Of a stretch of DNA of 64,000 nucleotides, positions 14,574 through 27,820 are shown piece by piece. The stretch is from assembly GCA_964035545.1 (NCBI GenBank), contig OZ037768.1:21311700-21375699 (forward strand), read 5' to 3'. A model generated the notes under the pieces. The model saw only the letters and a list, made by a program, of their open reading frames with translations. It made no database searches and was not told the origin of the DNA. Each line of letters opens with the position of its first letter. Positions within the stretch are counted from its first letter, which is position 1. This DNA is from Bugula neritina. Its lineage: Eukaryota > Animalia > Bryozoa. The translations under genes were made by a program, and so were the position numbers.

Positions 14574-15245
14574 TCCAACTCTATTCAGTATCCGTCAACA
14601 GTAATGTGCTCAAAGATATATGTTTGATGTTTTTCTCCTTGTACTTTATAGATGTTATTTTGTTATGGAATTTTGCTAAAGCATTAAGCAAAGTTTAGAT
14701 TTTGTATATTTTTTGAAAGTATTTTTATGTGCTGTTTAACATAAACCGTTGCTCTTTTAGTTGTAATCATAGTGTGTATTGTGTGTAAACAGGTCTTGAA
14801 ATGTGATTCTTTTTTATTAATATGTGATCAGATTTCCTACGTTTTTATATGCATTGATATTTTGATGACTTCATTGTGCACTAGTAATGTATTTTATTTA
14901 TATATGATACCACTGTGATCCTATATTTCTTTATTTTCATATTCATTGAAAGAAATACTTTTTTAACCCTAATAAAATGTTTATATTTTGAAAACTTGGA
15001 AGTGTTGAATTTTGGAAACTTGTCTCTCATTTGACTTGAGATTTGAATTTTTGGAGATTTATTATAGTTTGCACCAAAATTTAAAACAAAGTAAAACCAA
15101 ATTTTAAAAGAAATAATAATTTTATGCCCAACAACTATTAGTAACATCATTTAAAGTAAATAATAATAAAAAATATTATGCTTGTATTACTGATAGGAAA
15201 AATTAAAGTGTGTTGATTGTATTACTGATTGTCTGTAGCATGTCC

Positions 15246-18200
15246 TTAGTTGTAGCAAGGAGCAGTGTTGTCATGTACAGGAATACATAAATCTGTCTGG
15301 AACATGGTACCAGGTGCCGTGTCGAGTGTGACTGAGTTACCTGATTTGTAATTTAGCCAGTTGAACTTGTGACAGTCTGTACCTAAAACAGTAATTCACT
15401 TAGCTATTAGCTTTTCCATGTATTGGAGCCAAAGTAAAACTATGCCTTTTAAACCAATCATGCATCGACTTTTATTGTTGGAAAATATGTAATGTGACTT
15501 CAAGGAATTACAGAAAAAGAAATGAGCTAAAACCTTTTATATTGGGCAAGAAACGTTACACTACATTTAAAAAGTAGCAATTCAATTACATTAGACACGA
15601 GGAAAAGCTAAATCAGTAGTGAGTAGCCAAAAATAGTTTTGACTGTCGTCATCACTCATTGCATTTAAAAACTATAAATTAATTCAACATAGGACAGTGT
15701 AACAGTTAATATTTAGGTTGTCATTTTTTCTATTTTCAAATGATATGAATTACAGCAGTATGTGTTTGAATGTATGATAGTTACCTGGTACAGTAGAATA
15801 TATTCCATACTCTGTAATACACTTGGAGGTTTTGCATAAACTGTTGGCAGATTGGGTGAGTGTAAATCTTAGAATAGAGGCTATGTCACACGTAGCAGTC
15901 ACGTCATCAATGCAACTAACTGTTCTTTCCAGCCGTAAACTATAAACATGATTTACATAATAGAATATTAGTTTATTGTCAGTTTCTACAATGAATCATA
16001 TATATTCAGTGCACAACCTGCACTAGATGTTGAACTTCTGAAGAAATATAGGAACAATATGGTGATTGTTTAACTTACGCAGCTGATGTTAGCGTTTGTT
16101 TATTGTTTATATTTTATCCGAAATGAACCTTTCCAACAGTATGTGGTAAAAATAATTGATGAAATAAAAATTTAAATACAATGTTGAACTGATTTCTTTC
16201 AATACAAGCAAAAAGGCCTGGTGTGCTTTTTAACGTATTCTCAATTTTCATATGTTGTTATATCACAACAAGTTTTTATAAAACTATCTTTTGCTGCATT
16301 AGGGCAGTTTTGGACACTAATGTGCAAAGAGTATTTCTGATTAACCAACAATCTGTATGTACCCATTATGTCCTTTTCCCATTTATATCTTAGTAATTCC
16401 TCCATAATATATAAATACAAAACTTACCTGTCACAATCAAAGACTATAGAATTCTGACTGATAATTGGCTGCATGCACTTGAAGACATCACTACACGCTA
16501 CAAATATGTAAATATATGAGTCACTAATAGTGAAATAGTGATTTCGGTGTGTAAATGTTAGTAGAGATGAAATAAGCAGCAAATTTTTTTTTAAAGTTTT
16601 TCCAAAATTTACATATCATTTCATTCCATGCAACCTGTATCAGTATTATAAGCTATGATATGCAAATGTCTACAGTAAAGTTCGCGGTTATCATTAGGTT
16701 GAAAATCCGGGAAAATTTTCTCCATTTTAAAACAGCTACTACAACAAACGGTGTAAACTTTTGATAGCATTAACTATTTAATTTCTGTAACAGTTTTCAA
16801 CTAAAAATTGTATATATTTATATTTGTTGGCTGCTGCAGAAATTAAAGTTAAAGCTACCAAACATTAAAATCTTTATTGTTAAGGAACTGTTTTAAAATG
16901 TTGGGGCTATTATAATATGCAGCACGTTGTGCATTAAAGTCATTAAGGAAAAAGCAGTCGTCAGTGATGAGTCATAAAGTTTATTATAGCTGCATCACAT
17001 TTGTCACCTTCAACATTACTTCAAAGTTTTATCTAAAATCTAATGGAATAGTTTTATGCCAATATCTTCCCACGCCTAATGTTGAGTCACTAATACACCT
17101 TATATAGTTATATTAAGAGACTACGTTGTGTGTGCTATTAATGTCTTGGTAGGTATTATAATGATTGTATTCTTTCATTTGCCCTGCAAAAATGCTAATT
17201 TTGTTTCATACAACTCATTATATAGTTGCTATGTAATCCTGAGCTAAAAGTCACAGTAGAATAGATAATCTGTATGTTACAATAGCTTTGTGTGTTGCAA
17301 AAACTGTACTTGTATAAGCTGAGAAATATAAGATGATGAAATGACTAAATTTTTGATCTGATCAGAGGAAAATATCATTTTATCAACATAAGATGGACAG
17401 ACTATGATCTAATCATAAGAGTATATGACAAGCTGTGGGGTAGCTTTGTCTGCATTATGCTACGTCAATCACATGAGCAAAGCGCTATATATAACATGTC
17501 ACTGGGTTGAGCAACCCACCCTGATTTCCTAGTACCACCTTCCTACGACCTACATGAAACTTTGACTAATTAGATACAGATTAATTTAATATGTTACCAA
17601 ACTCTGCAAGCTTGTAAACAATAAATAAACTGACACTCAGTATGGGGGAGTATAAACAATGTGAACAGTTTGACTGCATGAGCTTCTCAAACCCTAATCT
17701 GATCACAACTAGTCAATTTTTTTTCTTTTAAAATCTGACGGACAGTGACAAAATTTGTCTAAATTCGAAGATTTACCTTGAATATAAAATAATAATTTTG
17801 AAAAAGCGTTCTTTCTATAATATAGGTTTTGATACACAAAAAGTATAATTCTATCATAAAATTGAAAAAGTACTAAAAATAATCTATTGCTTTATTGACC
17901 TAGAATGTTGTTCAAATGACAAACACATTTCCTCAAGATAACCATTTCCTCCAAGATCTTACAATAATTTATAGGTAGTCAATCATTACCTGTCTGCGGA
18001 AACCACAAAATGACTCTAGCAATATAGCCTACGCAATGTTTAGTTGAGAAGTACATGGCTATTAACAAATGCATAAGCATAAGAGCTGGTTTAAATTGGG
18101 GACTTTTTACAAAAACCAATTTAATACGTAATTATTTTTAAGGCAAAAACTATCAAACTTTTTGCACTGAGGTATCTAGTCTGTGGATTAGATTCTTATT

Positions 18201-19070
18201 TGGAAAAACTAGTGCTGTGCTAATGTTTATTTTAAGATTATAAAAGCTGACATAAATAATAGTTTATGTCTCTCTTCTCTAAACTCTACTACTTTGTGAG
18301 TCTAAACTCCCTTCTCTCTGTTATAATAGTATAAAACTTACCAGAAGTAACGCAATCAGTGGACGTGTAGACGTAAGTTCTAAGAATTTCTCTCAGCAAG
18401 CCAACCATGTGGACAGTATCAGATGGCCTGCAGCTTCCCAACAGCTCTGTCAGCTCTTCCATGACACTATAGTTCAAAAATACACCAAAAATACACATTA
18501 TGTTGTGTTTATAGAAGTGTAATATAGTTAGTGTGGGTGTATACCTGTCATAGTATAAGTGCATTATGCATGGGTACCATGCAACTCCTGTAAGTCTAAA
18601 TACTAACAGCTGCTGCAAAGGGCAGAAATGAAAGTTCCTACTTAGTCCGAGTTTATGATTATCTGTTATAGTTTGTAGTGTGACCGTTTATTTTATAGTC
18701 TGACAAACCTCACGCCACAAGCCATCGCTAGAATTAGTGCTATTCACAAAAACTGCAATTCGGAAGTTTCTAATGGTAAAAGTTAAAGAGTGGTAATGTT
18801 GCACGTCACGCTACAAATGCAGCTATATAAGTATAACCATTATAAAAGTGAATTGCTTGAATTACTGTTATTAATGCAACATATTGCTAGAGTCATATGA
18901 GGATTCTATACAGATATACTGTTAAATAACCAATGCTTGCAAGTTTTAATTTGATACAGTTTAGCGTTCTAACATATCTAAGGATACTTACTCTGAACAT
19001 GTTGTTTCACTGGTCAGCGAAGTGTAGAGGTCAAGCAAACCATCTTGACATTCCGTTACTCCAGCAGTAT
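15246..19070 (-). CDS. Unannotated multi-exon cysteine-rich protein (at least 164 aa, 12 Cys), probably secreted; 5' end unresolved
   Basis: Five exons (19070-18992, 18466-18342, 16497-16428, 15867-15785, 15382-15246) joined by GT-AG introns splice in frame without stops: xTAGVTECQDGLLDLYTSLTSETTCSDVMEELTELLGSCRPSDTVHMVGLLREILRTYVYTSTDCVTSACSDVFKCMQPIISQNSIVFDCDRFTLTQSANSLCKTSKCITEYGIYSTVPGTDCHKFNWLNYKSGNSVTLDTAPGTMFQTDLCIPVHDNTAPCYN*. Confidence 0.8.
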
Positions 19071-20589
19071 CTACAAAAGTTAACATACAAATATAGCAGA
19101 GATAAAACTTATTTTAGCCAGCAAACCCATAATTTATACTGATAGAGCATTGCTTACCCTACAATAACTCTCTATATATTATGTGGTTAGTTTAATTGGT
19201 TTCTGTATTATCAAAATATTTATATAATCGAATGATCACCCTCCCCCCTTCTCCCATTATTAGTGGTTTCAGCAGCACTAGTAGTTTTACAAACTACTAA
19301 AGCCATTAACATAAAATTTAATTTCACTTCAAATATATATTAATATAACAAGTACAATTTTCAGTTAATATATTTAAATGAATTATACACAGACACTATA
19401 CTTACTTGAGTGAGATGGTGTAGCTAGTATGTATGTACACAGAGTCAATAGTCCTACTAACTTGATAGTTGCTGATGAGTTAAACATGATTTACTTGTTT
19501 CCAACAGCTACAGAGAAATACTTGATGAATTATAAAATCTTGTTAGCTATGGCTCAGTATTTATATCAGAACGCTTGCTACCCGCTGGGGCGGAACGCCT
19601 TCGGTGGTCACGTCACAGATCAACACGAACTACGTTCTTGTTAATCATTTCAGATCCTTTCCGGCCAACTTACAGTGGAATTCCTGTTTTAGAAATGAAC
19701 TTGTAGTATAGCCATTACTTCCATGTAATAAATATGTGAATAATAAGGCATTCAATTCTAGCTATGTTCAAATTAAGTCATGGTTTCCTGTAATTCACAC
19801 ATTCTGTTGGTTTCCAACGGTTACTGAATTGTTATATAACTAATCAATGCTGTGCAAGTTTTGTAATGAAAAATAATATACAAGTCACAGCAAGTGAAAT
19901 AACAACTTTATTTACAAAACAAAATAAAATTTGACAAATAATAAATAATTTGAATTAAATAATAAATAGCTGATTATAAGCTGCATAGATATAAATAATA
20001 TCTCAACAATTGCATTAGAAATTTTGCAAAACTGTGACTAAAGCTAATAGTATTTTGGTAAGAGAGAAGAGATTTTATGCGGTTGGCACATTACAGAAGT
20101 ATCATATATACATGACTATAACATCTGACCCCAACCAGTAAACTACACCCTGAAGGAATCAGACAAAAGGTCAAAGGTTAGCCTCAAGCTTGCACCTATG
20201 ATTTGGGCTACAGTGCATATTGTTTATTCATTTCAAAAAGATATTTAAATTATATAGTGATGAGACAAGCACCTATTTCATCAGGGGCACACAATTACAT
20301 GCACAGCAGTATCGTATATACAGCATAAAAGCATAAGAAAACCAACTTATTGGTGTTGAGAAAATAACCTTTTGACTTTGCCTCTAGTAAAATGAGAAAG
20401 AGCTATTTCATCCTTCCCAGAAGTCAATATAAAGATTGTATAAATAACAGTGAAGCTATTTTATGATGTTGACAGTGAGGTAGACATTCAGCTCATGGAG
20501 GTCCTTTCTTGAACTACTTAAAAACGGCGGAGTTACACTCAAATCACCTGTGAGAGAGTCAAGTTATACTCAAGTCACCTGTGATACAG

Positions 20590-23500
20590 TCAAGTTATAC
20601 TTCGGTTTCCTGTGAGGTATTCTTCATTAAAGTATATGACAGTAACAGTAATGTCGTCTCTGTAAAGCCTCGGGTTGGGGTGAGACAACATGGCCGACAA
20701 TTGAAGATGACTCAGACCCTGGTCGGGGGTCCCTCCGAGTGCATTCCGAATCAAATGTGTGGCGCAGTTTAAATCCTCTGCTCTCTTTGCTATGTTTTTC
20801 TACAAGACAATAAGTCAGAGTATTTTCTCTGTAGACATCGCTGCAGTCATAGCGATACACGTAGAGCTGAGTACACAAGTCTATATTACAGATTATACTG
20901 GGAATAGATAGGTAGTTATAACATGCATAAGTGGGGAGTTTATGTAAAGTTGTATGCATGTTGACACACAGTATTGCTTTATTATATTGGATTTGTCCGT
21001 CTTAGTTTGGAGAATGAATCAAACCTGGCAATTCTGAAATTGACTGAAAATTTCAGAAAATAGCCTAATCTTTACATTCAATAGCAACTTTCATAGCCAG
21101 CACTACGAGCAAGAGACATAACTCCAAGGTAAGAAATAAAGAGACAAAATTAAAGGAAAATCAGGACAAAAATGAACTTTTTTTCAGGTATAAAAATATA
21201 TAGTTTGCAACAATAAATAAAAGAAATAACATGCGTAAAAGAAGCTTATTTCCTACAATTTAACATAGTGATCGCAACTCTGACTAATAACTGGCAAGAG
21301 CTACATATTTGCTTCAGAAATAAAAACTTCAACAGACACACCTTTCTTATCTTGAGGCGTTCGTTCAGCTCCTTCAGCTGCATGCTCCTGTCTTTAGGGA
21401 GTTCAAAGTCTTCAATAGTCTGAGCTCCATCCATGTGATCAGCCACCAGCTTTATCACCCTGTCTTCCCGGTCCTTAAACATGTTCCACAGGCCGTCTGT
21501 GGCCAGCACCAGGAACTTATCCTTAGGTCTAAGGTGATGGTAGAGAACCTGGAGGGGGGGGGGGTATAGAGAGTGTCCATATATTGCTGTAGATTTCTTA
21601 GATTATGGCAAAACAAGTCTTACAACATGTATACATATCAATTTTATACTCTATAGTGTACTAATAATGCATACTGTATACCTACTATATAGTGCATAGT
21701 ATGCATTAAATTCATTATAAAACAAAACTTCTTAGGCATACAACATCAAAACAGTATGTAAGATGAAAGGTAATAAATCTAAGAATACTATATTACTGCA
21801 TGAGCAAAGTGTGTCAGGGATTCTTCAATTGTATTTCATAAACCAGAAATAAAGGCTAAGTATGTAAAAGTTCAACTGTGCATATAGACAGACAGGCAGC
21901 CTTTCCTATCAAACAAAGTGAAGTGCTAGTGCAGTGCTGTACACGTATATATCCACAAAGGCCACACCCACCTCAGGCTTCGCTATGAGGTAAGGGGGCG
22001 TGTAGTAATTCTTCGGAGGCATGTAATAACTTGGAAACGGGCCAACTTCCTCCTCGTGCAGACGGAGGGATCTCACAGCGGCTTCCGTGTCCTTCAGCAG
22101 CTTGGCAGGAAGTTTCAACCTGTCACGCAGTAACACCATACTTATACTGTACGAGTCTACAGCACCTGTGTGAGCAATTGTGACTCTGGTGTATCTATCT
22201 AGTGGGTTGGATTGTGAAGTGAGAAAAAAAAGTTGAATATAATAAATTAGAAAATTACAAAAAATGTTTAAGATATGCTTTAAAAGGCCTGCAGTAGATG
22301 GAGAGAAGTATAATTTTTGCTCAAAGCGAGTTTTTTGTTTAACATTCGGGTTTGAAGCTTAAAGGTCTCATTTGCACAGGCAGACAACTTTCCACGATAA
22401 AATATTCACTAGAACTAAATCCATTTTAAAAACCCGCAACTTTGCACCCAACTCAAACTGAACCGTAACTTATATACATTGTAGTAGCAATAGAGCTCAA
22501 CTAAGGGTAAGTCATCAATTATTCTGAACCTGAACTCACCACATGCTGTTTGGTGCACAATACAAAAAATATATAAAAACAATTTCGCAACAATTAAACC
22601 TCAAAGATGAGTTGTGAAAGTTGTTTATCAACAGTAATAAGACCACAACATTGATAAACAGCCCAGGGGAAAAGCAGCATGAGCTGTTAGACAGAACAAT
22701 ACACGAGGGTGTAGAGAAAACAGACTTCTGGTTAAGCTGTGAATACTAATTAATACTAGATAAAATCAGACATCTAGGATGTGGTCTGGCAACAGTTATT
22801 GCACCACCATCAACAAAACAAAGACAATAAATATTGCCTTTACTAGTGATGACAATTATTAGGTTAGGAAAGGGAAATACAATACTGCTACTTAGGCAAC
22901 ATCGACTGTTGAGGACTTCCCATGTGAATAAAGAATTTAAATCAAACAGTTGCTGCGACTAACAGACCTGAAATCTCCGAATGTCCTTGTCGGTTCAATC
23001 ACACCCAGCAGTCGGCCATCTTTCATCAGACTTCCTGTCTCGTTGAGATGTGCTTCTCTCAGCCTAGACTGTAAAAATATGCGACTAATAAGATGGGACA
23101 ACTTCTTGCTGACATACAGGGGACAACTCCATAATAACTAGATGGGACAACTCTCTAGTTTGATATTTCAAAGTAAAATAATATGTAGATCTTAACAGTG
23201 TAATCTACTGCAGCAAACTTACAAGCAAAATTAATAACATATAATAGACATCATTGTAGTTTAGGTAGAACCTGTTTTTATAAAATAAATATTTTTCCTA
23301 TAAACATGTGATCAGGATTTTGCTCTGGGGATTCGCAATTTCACTTAATGCTATCTCCGTGGAGAAAATAAACAATTATCTTTCAAGGCTTGACTTTATT
23401 GACATTAAGAACTATTGCTGATAGTATCCAAAGTTTAAATTAGGTTTACTCCAATTCAAGGTGCTTTCTTTGTAAAAAAAAACAGCAGTGCCTAAGCATT

Positions 23501-26274
23501 TACGTCCTATTTATATCACTCACCAGCTAGTCAGGATATTACTTATAGCTCAGGTGTTTCATATAAAGCTAACTAATAGTGAAACAAATATTAAAAATTA
23601 TTTTACACGCAGATGCTGTTGATAAACGCACAATGTACCTTTTCAGCTTCATTGTCAACATGGTGAGCTTTAGCTAAAGATTTGGCTTGCCATGTACCAT
23701 CTTCGTTGCGGGTGCCTACCACTGCCCCGCAATCTCCTAAGTTGGCTACGTGCAGATGAGGCCCGTCTATATGTGCAATTAAAGCACAGCAACCTGCTCG
23801 AGTCAATAGAAAGCTATTATTTGTAAGACACCATTTAGTCATTAGCAGTATGACTAAGTCCATTGAAGACTAATGAAAGATGAGTTTCACAGCTAATGCA
23901 ATAATTGATTATTAAAAATCATAATAGAGCTTAAAAGCCTAAAATACAATAACTCTCAACAAGAGTCAGCAAGAGTGAATATTTAATACTTCAGTCATCT
24001 AATTTTTTGCAGGGCAAAAATTTGTGAGTTCATGGAACGATGAAAACTAAAGAAATATTTAAAAATATTATTTGTCACCCATAATGTTTGTGACAGACAC
24101 ACCACATGTTTGTGATCCAGTCTGATTTATGCAAATAAAGACATTATTGTTAACTGAGAAATACTAAAAAGCATTCTGCTTGAACACAAATGATCAAGAA
24201 AAGTGAGACACTTCCCTCAGAAATGAAATAGTCTAGACCAGGGTCGTTCAACCTTTTTAGACTGAGGGCCACTGAAATGGAATATTCGGGTGTGAGGGCT
24301 ACATTGTAAACTTCAGTTTGAGCTGGGGGCCACAGCATCAGTCTTTTTCAAATTACTTTTTTCCAAATTCCCATGAATCATTATATAATGAAGTCAAATA
24401 ACTGCTGCAGGCTGCATGTTTTGTTGAATGTATACAAAAACAGCATTATATATGTGTGAAAACTATTCTATTTATCATGCCTTTAAGGGCCACATAAATG
24501 TAGGCTGGGGGCCACATCCGGCCCTGGGACCGCCTGTTGGACAGTCCTGCTCTAGACTCTGGAGCAGGAATGTGGCCCTCTAGGGCATTAAGCTAAAATT
24601 AGTTTTTACACATATACATGAATTAGAGTAGAAAATCACCTTTCAAATGTCTTATTTCTACACATGCTACAGCACATGCAGTCTGAAGTAACTATGTGGA
24701 CTTAATTGTGTAATGATTCATAAAATCTTGGATTAAAGTAATTTTAAAAACCCTTATACTGTGGCCCCCCAGCTCAAACTGACGTTTACAATGTGACCCT
24801 CACCAACGGAAAAAATCCCCTTTCAATGGCCCGCGGTCTGAAAAGGTTGAACACCCCTGGTCTAGAGTAATGGATAGTAGACCTGAGAGAGCAATAGTAA
24901 GGAGCTGAGTGTTTAGTTTTCCATCTGCAGGTCGGAAAGCCTCGTCCTCCAAGTCTTTATCCAATCTTAGAAATGCCGACTGCAGCGCTTTTTCCATCGT
25001 GAAGTTTGTGTCCCAATCTGAGATGGAAGAGATGGCGTCTTTAGTGTAGTTTAGTATAGCATCTCTGTAGAGATCACGGTTTTCCTATGACAATAGATGA
25101 GCATAATTTTTAAGTTAAATACATAACCACATCTATTAAGTTGCTACGTCTTTGCAGATTAATCTACTAGTAGACTTTAAAAGTTGTGAACAAATTATCA
25201 AGCGGAAGGCAAGAAAAATAATTTAAAACAAATTTATGAGTAATCTTCGCATAACAAGGTTGTGCTACTTATTGTTGCAAAATAAAATCAAGAAAATTAA
25301 TAGACATTTATAGATATTTTGTAATTCGTATCAACAGCCTATCAAACAATTTCAAAAAGGTTGCTATATTATAATAAGCAAAGTTATTATGCCACAGAAT
25401 TACTCACTGAATTGAAATAAGTTGTATTGTGGGTGAGAAAATTGACCAGCTTCAGTTCACTACTTGGATCTTCCATGCTATGATAAAACTGTTTGATTTC
25501 AGAAGCATTGAGCAAGTTGATGGCAATATAATTGAAAATTCTTTCACTAACGGCCTGAGCATTAGCCACGCCGGCGTGGCCATCAAATATGCCAAACAAG
25601 TAACCGTCCGTGGCATTACAGTAGCCTTCGGAGTTGCGATCTTCTATCGGGGTGTTGGCCGCAAGTCTACTGCTTTCAAACCTGTTGTGAAAACAGGACA
25701 GTTTATTATTTAGTGACATATTACCACAGCAAAGTCGTACATGGAGCTTTTGCAGGGTATACTGTAAATAAACTGTAACTAAGCACAAAAAATTAACAAA
25801 AACACTATATAACTCAAAAACACATAAAAAAGTATTATGGTATATATTATTGTATAACTGTAACATGAAATATGTAAGTCGATTCAAATTTAACCAAACA
25901 TAGTAAATGATTTAACTATCAGTCTGAACAGTAACTCACACAAAAATTTATTATTTGTTTTAAAAGCAAATTAAGACAGGATATTTTTGCTTTAAGGCAT
26001 AGAACAATAAGAGTAGATAACTTCAGTAGCACAATATTTTGAGTAATAATTACAAAACTCGCTACCTTGATATGGCCTCATGATTAATTTCCATGACCCG
26101 CTCATTTCCTCGCAGTATCTTTGTGACCTGCGCCTTGGTGAGACGAGGATATGCAAAGTGTGGATCTGCGGGGTCAAAGTGAGCGTGTCTGACTGACACA
26201 TACTTCAACAGGTTTTCAATAGAGCTGCTTCTGTTTGGTTTACCATGATGCAACACACGTTTCCATAGAGCCAT
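20590..26274 (-). CDS. PDP1: Mitochondrial pyruvate dehydrogenase [acetyl-transferring]-phosphatase catalytic subunit (PP2C/PPM family)
   Basis: Exons 26274-26066, 25681-25408, 25084-24883, 23793-23639, 23068-22968, 22119-21972, 21548-21342, 20799-20590, all phase-compatible. Motifs: LAANTPIEDR, FGIFDGHAG, LHVANLGDCGAV, RLLG..PTRTFGD, NYYTPPYL, FLVLATDGLW, NCATHLIRNALG, YRDDITVTVIYF. Confidence 0.93.
24239..24549. mobile_element. Non-autonomous hAT-like (Charlie-type) MITE in a PDP intron
   Basis: CAGGGTCGTTCAAC...GTTGGACAGTCCTG ends, GGGCCAC subterminal motifs, 8-bp TSD GTCTAGAC/CTCTAGAC matching the NTCTAGAN target. Confidence 0.75.
24565..24859. mobile_element. Second hAT-like MITE directly adjacent to the first
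   Basis: CAGG...AAAAGGTTGAACACCCCTG ends, GTGGCCC motifs, flanks CTCTGGAG/GTCTAGAG. Confidence 0.65.
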
Positions 26275-26499
26275 ATGAAGCTGGGAGTACACTTACATGT
26301 AAATTTATTTGATACACACCAATGTCTAATTGCTAGAGCTTCAAGCCCCTTAGAAAAAAGTACTGATGCATAATCAGAATGGAATGGTGGTAGGTTTAGA
26401 TTATTCAGGCCCCTAAACTCGTTTACAATAATTATTTCAAATTAAAAACCAAACTCATACTAAAAAGTAAAAACTTAAACTGCTGTCACTGTTGGTGTC

Positions 26500-26740
26500 T
26501 GTTCTAATGCCTAGCACTAGCAGTTGTATCACTAGTAGTAGTACCTCTACCACTGGTACTATTACTATTAGTATTAGTAGTACTTTCACTCTGACTCTGT
26601 ATAGTAGTAAGGTAGCGAGGCTCAGGCTGAGAGTGAGTAGTACCACTACCAGAGTACCAGTACTAGTAGTCAAACTCAATTACTATTAGTATTAGTGTAT
26701 TACTATTACTATTAGTATTAGCCTGTAAGACTAAGAGTAA
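26500..26740. repeat. Degenerate (ACT/AGT)-type low-complexity tract in the inferred first PDP intron
   Basis: Runs of tactattactattagtattagtag. Confidence 0.8.
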
Positions 26741-26744
26741 GACT

Positions 26745-26993
26745 AAGAGGAACCAAAATAGACACAGTAAGTCACTTACTGTGTCTATTTTGGTTCCTCT
26801 TGAGTGAGTGTAACTGACTTAATCTTACAGCTTTAGATACACTTGCACTTGCAGTTACTAGCAACTGTTGCACTGCAGTCTGGGTTACTTACACTTACTA
26901 AGTGTAAGTAACCCAGACTGCAGTGCAACAGTTGCTAGTAACTGCAAGTGCAAGTGTATCTAAAGCTGCAAGATTAAGTCAGTTACACTCACT
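26745..26993. repeat. Two adjacent palindromes: 28-bp arms (26745-26801) and 95-bp arms (26803-26993), each with a single C spacer
   Basis: Arms checked base by base. The only mismatch is A26827/C26969. Confidence 0.95.
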
Positions 26994-27820
26994 GTCAGTG
27001 TTAGTAACTGTAAGTGTAGGTCAAAGTGAAAATGTTAAACTTAAAGTTAACGAGTAGTTTACTAGTTAATCTAAATAATAAATATCTAAACTTACTTTAA
27101 AACTCTTTGACTTTAGGATTAACTCAATTTATCAGGTGCAAAAAAAATAAATTATATCTTTCAATGATGCCAGAAGGTAAAATTTATAGAATAATTGTAG
27201 CGGCTATAACTAGTATTAGGAGAGCTAAAGAAAGAAACCTTTCTCATGTCATTTTCATTTTTAGGTTTCCATTGCCAGTGATTATGGAATAGCTAATAAC
27301 ATTCAAAGGCTAAATTCTAAAATATTGCATAATTTAACGGTGCGAGGTGCCACCACAAGCCTTGGTTTAAAACTCGGGATCTTGGCTAATAAAATTGTTA
27401 AAAATGGCGTTTACTGACTCGCTGCTTACAGTTACAAGACTGAGTGAGCATGCAACTCCTACAACAACATTAATACTACGTGTGAGACATTTTTTACCAC
27501 TGCACACGTATTTGGTCATTATTATAAAATATATTTTAGCTAGACAGAAAAATCCTACCGTTAGTTGAGTTGCACTCTAAAAGTAAAATGCGTTTGAACC
27601 CAGGGTGTTCTACACAAGCAGATAAACACTGCAGCTGTTTACCAGTTTTCCATTTACCCTAAGAAAAAACAGGTTTATTTGAAATAATTCAACTCAAAAT
27701 TTAACTGATTCATGAAACTTTATTTTCACATAGAGATGAAAAAGATAGATATCATAACATATATCGGAAATGCACAAAACCAGCAGACACTTGAACTATA
27801 AATTAAAAAAACTAAATTAT

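Noticed and set aside
17990-18015. Possible extra microexon of the Cys-rich gene
   Set aside because: The best acceptor gives 26 nt and breaks the frame; the in-frame 24-nt version needs a weak GAG acceptor
26455-26689. Hydrophobic and Ser/Thr-rich ORFs on both strands
   Set aside because: Products of the ACT/AGT low-complexity tract
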